Source: Candidatus Methylomirabilis oxygeniifera (GTDB lineage: Bacteria; Methylomirabilota; Methylomirabilia; Methylomirabilales; Methylomirabilaceae). From it: a stretch of 32,000 nucleotides of DNA. This document shows positions 7,217-14,241 of the stretch, piece after piece. The stretch is taken from NCBI GenBank assembly GCA_000091165.1, contig FP565575.1, forward strand, positions 330,001-362,000, given 5' to 3'. Both the position numbers and the translations under genes were made by a program. The number at the start of each line of letters is the position of its first letter. The first letter of the stretch is position 1. Below the pieces are notes generated by a model, which was not told where the DNA came from, searched no databases, and worked only from the letters and a program-made list of their open reading frames with translations.

Positions 7217-8206
7217 ATGAACGAGGCTCTTGAAAAGTGCGTTCGGATCGGCACATCGGGCTGGTCGTATCCAAAGGGGGAGGGGCGCTGGAACGGGATC
7301 TTCTATCCCCCGAAGCCCAAGAACGAGTTGGAGCTATACAGCCAGGTCTTCAACACCGTGGAGGTCAACGCTACCTTTTATCGGCTAATCGATCCGCAGA
7401 CGGCGCGGGTGTGGGTCGCGAATACGCCCAAGAATTTTGAATTCGCGATCAAGATCTGGCAGAAGTTTACGCATCCGGGGATGTTTCAGAAGGCGACGGG
7501 CGCCGAGCCTGAGATTACGCAGCAGGATTACGACGATTTCAAGCGAGGCATCCACCCGATTGCCGAGGAGTGCAAACTCGCCTGCCTGCTGATCCAGTTC
7601 TCCGAGTGGTTTGCGAGCACGCCTCAGCACCAAGCTACCCTCTCGACGATCCTGCAGCAGTTCAAGGACTACCCCGTGGCGGTCGAGCTGCGCCATGCCT
7701 CCTGGGGTGATCGCGCAAGGGACACCAAGGCGCTGCTGGTCGCCTCTGGCGCAGGCTGGGCCTACATCGACATGCCGCAGTTGAAGGGCACGATCAAGCA
7801 GGAATTGGAGCCGCAACGGCTGCTGTACCTGCGCTTCCACGGCAGGAACCGCGAGAAGTGGAGGCAGCATGAGACGGCAGAGGAGCGGTACGATTACCTC
7901 TACTCAGAAGAGGAACTAAAGCCGTTCGCTGAAAAGGTCCGAGAGATCGTTGCGGCAGGAGAGAGCAAGGTGCTGATCTTCTTCAACAATCACGTACGCG
8001 GCCAAGCCCCGGCGAACGCCTTGATGTTGGCGCATCAGATCGGACTGCCATCCACCGCGACCGTGCGCGCGGAGTTCACCAAGGCGTTTCCCGCGATCAA
8101 CGATGCCGTTAAGGAGATCCAGACTCCAGAGGCGAAGAGGCCAAACCAAGAGGTGCTGTTTTCTGCCTGGACGCCTACCGAGGCAGATTCGGAATCTTGT
8201 GGATAG
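7217..8206 (+). CDS. DUF72 (YecE-like) family protein
   Basis: 329 aa. IGTSGWSYPKGEGRWNGIFYP...ELELYSQVFNTVEVNATFYRL is the DUF72 signature. Confidence 0.85.
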   Translation: MNEALEKCVRIGTSGWSYPKGEGRWNGIFYPPKPKNELELYSQVFNTVEVNATFYRLIDPQTARVWVANTPKNFEFAIKIWQKFTHPGMFQKATGAEPEITQQDYDDFKRGIHPIAEECKLACLLIQFSEWFASTPQHQATLSTILQQFKDYPVAVELRHASWGDRARDTKALLVASGAGWAYIDMPQLKGTIKQELEPQRLLYLRFHGRNREKWRQHETAEERYDYLYSEEELKPFAEKVREIVAAGESKVLIFFNNHVRGQAPANALMLAHQIGLPSTATVRAEFTKAFPAINDAVKEIQTPEAKRPNQEVLFSAWTPTEADSESCG

Positions 8207-8492
8207 TCGAGTTGGAGACCGCAAAGGCATGCACCTGCGGCTCACCGTCGATCACTCCTTCAAGCGCTTGCAGCACCTGGGGGTACGTTTCGCGATGATA
8301 CACATCCGCACTGTCGGCCCTGTCCCACAGGCTGATGGCAATCGCCTCATTACGCTCGCCGGACACGAAGGAGATTTCATCGCAAAACCCGTCCTGCGAC
8401 CTGAGGATCGGGATGATCGTACTCTGTAGCGTTCGAGAAAATGCTACAGCGCTACCCGGACGAAGCTTTACGCAGATCTTTCTTGCAAACAT
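8175..8492 (-). CDS. ABM/Dabb-fold (antibiotic biosynthesis monooxygenase-like) small protein
   Basis: 105 aa from ATG 8492, preceded by AGGAGG. MFARKICVKLRPGS...EISFVSGERNEAIAISLWDRADSADVYHRETYPQVLQAL fits the ferredoxin-like ABM pattern. The longer ORF to 8588 has no RBS. Confidence 0.6.
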   Translation of the reverse strand: MFARKICVKLRPGSAVAFSRTLQSTIIPILRSQDGFCDEISFVSGERNEAIAISLWDRADSADVYHRETYPQVLQALEGVIDGEPQVHAFAVSNSTIHKIPNLPR

Positions 8493-8680
8493 GCGTTCCT
8501 CCTGAATACAGACGATTAATGGGATTCCAGGTGACTCGATCTGTGAGGACGACCGCGGAACTCCCGGTGGCAGGACCTTAGGCAACAAATTCTATTCAAG
8601 GCATTAGCGTGTGTCAATAACAATCCTCCGACCTTGCGTAGGTCAGAGGATGCGACGACGGGATTGCGGATGAGATCTGA

Positions 8681-8697
8681 GACCCGCGCCGCGGGTC
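8681..8697 (-). terminator. Perfect GC hairpin downstream of the aconitase/small-ORF unit
   Basis: GACCCGCG-c-CGCGGGTC: 8-bp stem, 1-nt apex. It lies 12 nt past the small ORF stop. There is no U-tract. Confidence 0.25.
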
Positions 8698-8708
8698 GTC
8701 TAGTGCTT

Positions 8709-8798
8709 TCAGCCTGACCCTCGCTTGCGGAAGACGATCAGGTACGTGAGAACTCCAACGAGTACGAGTCCTCCGAGCTGCCACAGCAGACTTTCCAT
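8709..8798 (-). CDS. Candidate 29-aa hydrophobic peptide immediately downstream of aconitase
   Basis: It is below the ORF-track length cutoff. AGGAGG lies 5 nt upstream of ATG 8798 and overlaps the aconitase stop codon. The peptide is MESLLWQLGGLVLVGVLTYLIVFRKRGSG: one TM helix plus a basic tail. Confidence 0.35.
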   Translation of the reverse strand: MESLLWQLGGLVLVGVLTYLIVFRKRGSG

Positions 8799-8807
8799 GC
8801 TTACCTC

Positions 8808-10736
8808 CTAGGCCGTAGCCTTGATGGTATAGTTCAGCATCCCACCGGCCAGGACGATATCCACCTCACGAGCGGTCAGATCATGCCTGGCCACGAACTC
8901 TGTTCCTTTACTGACATTGCTGACGACAACCTGCTGTCCCCCTCGGATCTGCTCAGCCACTCGCTCGATCCGCAGGTGATCTCCCTGACCAATGCTATCA
9001 TAATCCCGCCCATCCGCAAAGATCAGCGGCAGGATCCCGAAGTTGATCAGGTTGGCGCGGTGGATACGGGCGAACGACGCGACGATGGCTCCCTTGAGAC
9101 CCAAGTACATCGGTGCGAGCGCCGCATGCTCTCTGCTCGAACCCTGGCCATAGTTGCTACCCCCGATCACGAAGCCGCCGCTCTTCTCCTTTGCACGCCT
9201 GGCGAACTCCGGATCGACCCGGCTGAAGGCGTACTCCGAGATAGCCGGGATATTGCTGCGGAGCGGCAGGATCTTGGAGCCTGCCGGGAGGATATGGTCG
9301 GTGGTGATGTTGTCACCCATCTTCAGGAGGACCTCACCCTCGATGGTTGAGGGGAGTTCACCCCGAATCGGGACAGGCTTGATGTTGGGGCCACGCATCA
9401 CCTCGATCTGTTCCGGATGTGGCGATGGCGGGACGATCAGGTTATCGTCGAGGACGAACTGCTCCGGCGGGAGCACTGATACCGGTTGGCTGACGCGCCT
9501 CGGATGGACGATTTCACCGGCCAGAGCGGAGGCCGCGCAGACCTCCGGGCTCGACAGATAGACCTTGTCGTTGGGCGCGCCGCTCCTACCCTCGAAGTTG
9601 CGATTGAAGCTTCTGAGTGACGCCGTCCCGCTGGCAGGAGCCTGACCCATGCCGATGCACGGGCCGCAGGCCGATTCCAGGATCCTTCCGCCCGCTGCAA
9701 TCAGATCGGCCAGTGCGCCATTGGCGGCGATCATGGTATAGACCTGCTTGGAGCCCGGCGTAACCGTGAAGCTGATGTCCGGGTGGACGGTCTTTCCCTT
9801 CAACATCGTCGCGACCGTCATCAGGTCCCGGAACGAGGAGTTGGTACAGCTTCCGACGCAGACCTGAGAGATCTTGGTTCCCTCGACCTCGGAGACCGGA
9901 CAGACATTGTCCGGGCTCGAAGGCCGGGCCACCATCGGTTCGAGTCGGTCCAGGTCGATCTCCAGCAGTTCGTCGTAGGTGGCATCGGGATCGGGCGCCA
10001 GCGCAACCCAACTGCCTTCACGTCCCTGCGCCGCGAGATAGCGGCGGGTCTGCTCGTCGCTGGGGAAGATGGAAGTTGTCGCGCCAAGCTCAGCCCCCAT
10101 GTTGGTGATTGTGGCCCGCTCCGGCACGGTGAGGCACGTCACCCCGTCGCCCCCATATTCCAGGATCTTCCCCACGCCGCCCTTCACGGTAAGTCGCCGT
10201 AAGACCTCCAGGATGATGTCCTTGGCCGCCCCCCATGGGCCTAGCCGTCCGTTCAGTCGGACCAGCAGGACCTTTGGCATTGGGAGGTAGAACGGCCCTC
10301 CCCCCATGGCGACAGCGACATCCAGGCCACCCGCCCCGATGGCGATCATCCCGACGCCGCCGCAGGTCGGGGTGTGGCTGTCGGAGCCGAGCAACGTTTG
10401 TCCCGGCGCGCTGAACCGTTCCAGGTGGACCTGGTGACAAATCCCATTCCCGGGACGCGAGAAGTAGATGCCGTACTTGGCCGCGATGCTCTGCAGGAAC
10501 CGATGGTCATCGGCGTTCTCGAAACCGGTCTGCAGCATGTTGTGATCCACATAGCTGACCGATAGCTTCGTCCTGACACGCGGGATACCCATCGCCTCGA
10601 ACTGCAAATAGGCCATCGTCCCGGTCGCATCCTGGGTCAGCGTCTGGTCAATCCGGATCGCGACCTCTTTGCCCGGAGTGAGCTCTCCGGCCACCCGGTG
10701 AGCCTCAAAAATCTTCTGCACCAGATTCATGCCCAT
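8808..10736 (-). CDS. Aconitate hydratase, short (~640 aa) aconitase-family form
   Basis: 642 aa. Fe-S and substrate motifs: IDQTLTQDATG, GSDSHTPTCGG, VGSCTNSS, ESACGPCIGMGQ, and the swivel domain GGSNYGQGSSREHAA. Confidence 0.9.
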   Translation of the reverse strand: MGMNLVQKIFEAHRVAGELTPGKEVAIRIDQTLTQDATGTMAYLQFEAMGIPRVRTKLSVSYVDHNMLQTGFENADDHRFLQSIAAKYGIYFSRPGNGICHQVHLERFSAPGQTLLGSDSHTPTCGGVGMIAIGAGGLDVAVAMGGGPFYLPMPKVLLVRLNGRLGPWGAAKDIILEVLRRLTVKGGVGKILEYGGDGVTCLTVPERATITNMGAELGATTSIFPSDEQTRRYLAAQGREGSWVALAPDPDATYDELLEIDLDRLEPMVARPSSPDNVCPVSEVEGTKISQVCVGSCTNSSFRDLMTVATMLKGKTVHPDISFTVTPGSKQVYTMIAANGALADLIAAGGRILESACGPCIGMGQAPASGTASLRSFNRNFEGRSGAPNDKVYLSSPEVCAASALAGEIVHPRRVSQPVSVLPPEQFVLDDNLIVPPSPHPEQIEVMRGPNIKPVPIRGELPSTIEGEVLLKMGDNITTDHILPAGSKILPLRSNIPAISEYAFSRVDPEFARRAKEKSGGFVIGGSNYGQGSSREHAALAPMYLGLKGAIVASFARIHRANLINFGILPLIFADGRDYDSIGQGDHLRIERVAEQIRGGQQVVVSNVSKGTEFVARHDLTAREVDIVLAGGMLNYTIKATA

Positions 10737-11228
10737 CGCTTCACCCTATCGGTCAGTGGCATAGTCATGTTCAAGACATATGATCTTGTAGCAGCCGGTA
10801 CAACCAATCGCATGCACATTTCGTATTTATCGTAATTGCAACCGCCCACAGCGTCAACGAAAAAGGGGTGGCATCTTATGCGATGGGTTATTTCAGACGT
10901 AGCGCGCGGTGTCCCGTCCCTTCATGAATAGCTCCGGTGCAAGCAGGTTCTTGAGGTAGTGCACCAGTTGCGCTTTCGTTTAACGCAAACCGTGTAGCGC
11001 AAGAAGAAATGTCGGTGCACTCATTGCCCACACGTCTCCCTCGACGGCCCGAACAAGTCTCGGGAAATCAATGAGTTGCCGCTTGAACCGTGAAACCTCT
11101 GGAAGCTGGCATGGCGATTGCTTTTTCCTCAGGCAGACGTATCTTGCTCAAACGATCGAGACCAGATGGCCGCGAACCATTATGGTATCGCGCGATCTGC
11201 AATCTATCACTCAAAGGAGGCGGGTCAG

Positions 11229-11573
11229 ATGAAGAGATTCACGAAGCGGTTCGTTCCTGGACTGATCGCCGTCTTGCTCTTGAGCAGCCTACTCCTCGTT
11301 CAAGCCGAGCCCGTGCTGGCGAAGACAAAGTTCTTCTTCGGGCTGAACATCGGGGTTCCGCTGGCGCCGCACGCAGTGTATCCCTATCCGGCCCCGGCGC
11401 GGGTTTACTACCCACCGGTCTATCCACATCCCGCTCCGGTGCGCGTCCATCACCGGCCGGTCTACCAGGCCTACCCGCCATGCGCTCAAGTCTGGATCCC
11501 TGGGTACTATGATCCCTATGGGAACTGGGTCTTCGGCTACTACCAATCTGTCTGTCCCCCTTACGGCTACTGA
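11229..11573 (+). CDS. Small secreted Pro/Tyr-rich protein
   Basis: 114 aa from ATG 11229, with AAAGGAGG upstream. Signal peptide MKRFTKRFVPGLIAVLLLSSLLLVQAEPVLA. This is followed by YPYPAPARVYYPPVYPHPAPVRVHHRPVY repeats and WIPGYYDPYGNWVFGYY. Confidence 0.6.
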   Translation: MKRFTKRFVPGLIAVLLLSSLLLVQAEPVLAKTKFFFGLNIGVPLAPHAVYPYPAPARVYYPPVYPHPAPVRVHHRPVYQAYPPCAQVWIPGYYDPYGNWVFGYYQSVCPPYGY

Positions 11574-11667
11574 CCACGCGGTTTAGACGTGACGGCTACA
11601 CGTTGGCATGGCGCTCATCGACTTCAAGGAGGTCACATCGATTAGTATGGAAAAAGGGGAATACGGC

Positions 11668-11970
11668 ATGCGCATGAAGAATCCCCCCCATCCCGGAAGG
11701 ATTGTCCGCCAGGAGTGTATCGAGTCGCTCGGAGTGACTGTTACAGACGCAGCGGAACGCCTCGGTGTGACGCGGCAGACCCTTAACAACCTGGTAAACG
11801 AGAAGGCCGGGATCTCTCCAGAGATGGCGATCCGACTTTCTAAGGCCTTCGGCAGCGGCCCAGAGGTGTGGCTTGGTCTACAGGTGGAGTATGACCTTGC
11901 TCAGGCAGAACGATACGCTGCGAAGATCAAGGTGAACCGAATCACTGCCACGCCTTCTGCCCTGCGCTAG
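11668..11970 (+). CDS. higA: HigA-like XRE-family antitoxin with no adjacent toxin gene
   Basis: MRMKNPPHPGRIVRQE...[56 protein letters not shown] is a paralogue of the 6444-6731 protein. The ORF is open from 11608. Only 94 nt separate it from the preceding gene. Confidence 0.8.
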   Translation: MRMKNPPHPGRIVRQECIESLGVTVTDAAERLGVTRQTLNNLVNEKAGISPEMAIRLSKAFGSGPEVWLGLQVEYDLAQAERYAAKIKVNRITATPSALR

Positions 11971-12131
11971 GGGACGTAGGTTTCTGTCTTCGGCAGGGCT
12001 GGGTCTCAGCAGCGCAAGTAGCTTAGTGGGGTGCGGTATGGTTTGATGTAGTGCAGGGTCCGGGCTCTGGACCGTGATGGGGATGGGATGCTGCGCGAAG
12101 GGCTCTGCCATCGGGGAGAGCAGTGAGGTCT

Positions 12132-13343
12132 ATGCAAACGGGTAGCGATCGATCAGGGGAGCAGGCCCGGTGGATCATCCATGTCGACATGGACGCCTTC
12201 TATGCTTCTGTGGAGCAGCACGATCACCCGGCTTATCGCGGACGCCCCGTCATCGTAGGGGCCGATCCCCAAGGCGGCAGGGGCCGCGGGGTGGTGTCCG
12301 CCGCCTCGTATGAAGCCCGCGCATTCGGCGTCCACTCGGCCATGCCGATCAGCCAAGCCTACCGGCGGTGTCCGGAGGGGGTGTTCCTCCCCGTCCGGAT
12401 GTCGCACTATCAGGCGATTTCAACTCAGATCTTCCAGATCTTTTCCCGATACACCGACCTCGTGGAGCCGCTCAGTCTGGATGAGGCCTTCCTGGACGTG
12501 ACCGGGAGTCTTCGGCTCTTCGGTTCTGCAGAGATTATCGGACGGCGGATCCAGGCGGAGATTAGGGCTGAGACGGGGCTAGGGGCCTCTGTCGGCATCG
12601 CCGCCAACAAGTTCGTCGCCAAGGTCGCCTCCGACCTGCGAAAACCGAACGGCTTCGTGGTCGTCCCGCCAGGGCAGGAGGCCGACTTCCTCCAGCCCCT
12701 CCCGATCGAACGGCTCTGGGGCGTCGGGCCGAAGACCGCAGGACGACTGCGCCGGATTGGGCTTACGACTATCGGCGAAGTGGCGGCTCGCCCGCAGATG
12801 GAGCTGACGACCGACTTCGGACAGTTAGGCGCGCATCTGTGGGAGTTGGCCCAGGGGATCGATACCCGAGAGGTGATCCCGGACGAGCCTGCCCAATCGG
12901 TGGGAGCGGAGACCACATTTGCAGAGGATACGGCCGATCCCGCCCGAATCCGTCAGACGCTGTTGGCCTTGTCGGAGCGGGTGGCTCGGCGCCTGCGGGT
13001 GGATGCTCTGCAGGCCGGTGCCCTCACCCTGAAACTGCGGGATGAGACCTTCCGGACCCAGACCAGGTCGGTCTCGCTCTCAGAGCCCACCGATCAATCT
13101 CAGGACCTCTACCGGACGGCGCTGATGCTGCTGGAGCGGCTCCCCTCCTCGGGCCGCAAGGTGCGTCTCCTGGGGGTGGCAGCCTCGAGGCTGTCCGATC
13201 TCAAGGGATCGGGACGGCAACTCTCATTGGAGCTGGATCCTGCCGGCGCCAAGCAGCGCCGGTTGACGGAGGCCGTGGATCGTATCCAGGCGCGGTTCGG
13301 GAAGAAGGCGATCCGTCCGGCCAGTCTACTTTCCTCTTCGTGA
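12132..13343 (+). CDS. dinB: DNA polymerase IV (Y-family translesion polymerase)
   Basis: IIHVDMDAFYASVEQ, SYEARAFGVHSAMP, SLDEAFLDVTGS, IAANKFVAKVASD and LWGVGPKT are present. GTG 12123 is an alternative start. Confidence 0.9.
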   Translation: MQTGSDRSGEQARWIIHVDMDAFYASVEQHDHPAYRGRPVIVGADPQGGRGRGVVSAASYEARAFGVHSAMPISQAYRRCPEGVFLPVRMSHYQAISTQIFQIFSRYTDLVEPLSLDEAFLDVTGSLRLFGSAEIIGRRIQAEIRAETGLGASVGIAANKFVAKVASDLRKPNGFVVVPPGQEADFLQPLPIERLWGVGPKTAGRLRRIGLTTIGEVAARPQMELTTDFGQLGAHLWELAQGIDTREVIPDEPAQSVGAETTFAEDTADPARIRQTLLALSERVARRLRVDALQAGALTLKLRDETFRTQTRSVSLSEPTDQSQDLYRTALMLLERLPSSGRKVRLLGVAASRLSDLKGSGRQLSLELDPAGAKQRRLTEAVDRIQARFGKKAIRPASLLSSS

Positions 13344-13364
13344 CCGTAGGTTCCTGTATAGACT

Positions 13365-13832
13365 TTAGTCATGGCTCTTGTCGTCCGTTCTCAGGGAGCC
13401 CTGGATCGAGTCGTCAGATTCGCCATCCCCGAAGGCTTCCTTGGTGGTGTGGCGACGCGGGGAGATGTTGTGTAAATAGCGCCCCATGGTGTCCTCCATG
13501 ATACCGGTACGGAGGTTGTCGTCGCGACTGAACAGACACTCACCACGTAAGACGTAGAGGCGGAAGGAAATCGGCGCCGTATTGAGGGTGCGGACATTGA
13601 CTGGAAGTGTGACCTTGGTGCTCAGATGGGCCGACAGATTCGCAGTCATGGCATTGTTGAAGTGGCTGGTAGACAGGTAGACGCCGATATCAACGTTGTG
13701 AAATGCTTCAGATTTGAGAAACGAGCCGTAAACGTAGGCGAAAAGTACGTCGGTGTAATGTAGTAACTCGGCGGCAATCTGATCCCGAATAGCACTGCGT
13801 TCAGCAGGGCTCAGTCGGTAGAGCCGTCTCAT
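13365..13832 (-). CDS. Pol-beta-fold nucleotidyltransferase (MNT-like), solitary, with an atypical active-site motif
   Basis: 155 aa from ATG 13832. FAYVYGSFLKSEAFHNVDIGVYL carries the GS...hDh core, but only one of the two usual acidic residues. A 60-nt sample gives about 47% GC, lower than its neighbours. The 262-aa track ORF (to 14153) is a read-through over the zinc-finger gene. Confidence 0.6.
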   Translation of the reverse strand: MRRLYRLSPAERSAIRDQIAAELLHYTDVLFAYVYGSFLKSEAFHNVDIGVYLSTSHFNNAMTANLSAHLSTKVTLPVNVRTLNTAPISFRLYVLRGECLFSRDDNLRTGIMEDTMGRYLHNISPRRHTTKEAFGDGESDDSIQGSLRTDDKSHD

Positions 13833-13848
13833 CGGACTCGTCCCCGCA

Positions 13849-14241
13849 TTATCGTTTTTCCGCTTCCCACTCCTCTTGGCAGGTCGCACACCGCTGGGCG
13901 AAGGGTAGGGCCTGCAGGCGGGGTAACGGGATCTCGTCGCCGCATCCGGCACAGCGGCCGTACGTCCCGGCCTTGTGGCGCTGGATGGCCACCTCGATCG
14001 CCTGAAGCTGTTGTTGCTGCTGCGCCACCATGGCCAGGCTGATGTTGCCCTCCGGCGCCGCGCCCCAGCCGTGAGAGCCCGGCGCATCCCGCATCTGAGA
14101 CTCCTCACGCCGCTCGTGAAGCGCCTGACGGATCCGCGCGGCCAGTCGCTCACGCCGTTCGGTCAGCAACCCCAGGAGCTGCGAACTTCTATCCTCTGAG
14201 TCGGTCTCTGTCTGATTACGCTGGTCCACCGACGACCTCAT
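13849..14241 (-). CDS. TraR/DksA-family C4 zinc-finger protein
   Basis: 130 aa from ATG 14241. There is a coiled-coil region, then GRCAGCGDEIPLPRLQALPFAQRCATCQ (CxxC-x17-CxxC). Its ATG overlaps the recD2 stop codon (ATGA). Confidence 0.75.
   Translation of the reverse strand: MRSSVDQRNQTETDSEDRSSQLLGLLTERRERLAARIRQALHERREESQMRDAPGSHGWGAAPEGNISLAMVAQQQQQLQAIEVAIQRHKAGTYGRCAGCGDEIPLPRLQALPFAQRCATCQEEWEAEKR

Noticed and set aside
10893-10977. Short minus-strand frame ...TKAQLVHYLKNLLAPELFMKGRDTARYV* in the 490-bp aconitase-upstream spacer
   Set aside because: It is only about 28 codons, bounded by an upstream in-frame stop, with no start codon or RBS. It is possibly a relic of a decayed gene, but I cannot assign a family.
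11574-11667. Possible HigB remnant upstream of the orphan HigA (frame ...ALIDFKEVTSISMEKGEYG)
   Set aside because: It has no convincing similarity to the HigB C-terminus (...VDYEDYH) seen at 6741-7028. The segment is too short to judge.
11971-12131. LexA/SOS box upstream of dinB
   Set aside because: Only a short hairpin, CTGTC-ttc-GGCAG (about 11983-11995), is present. It looks like a terminator for higA rather than a CTGT-N8-ACAG or GAAC-N4-GTTC operator. The SOS box consensus for this lineage is unknown to me.
13365-14153. 262-aa track ORF apparently fusing the NTase with upstream sequence; also the 146-aa version of the zinc-finger ORF starting at 14289
   Set aside because: The N-terminal parts are read-through over the neighbouring gene in another frame. 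The internal ATGs at 13832 and 14241 give compact, non-overlapping or ATGA-coupled genes of family-typical size.
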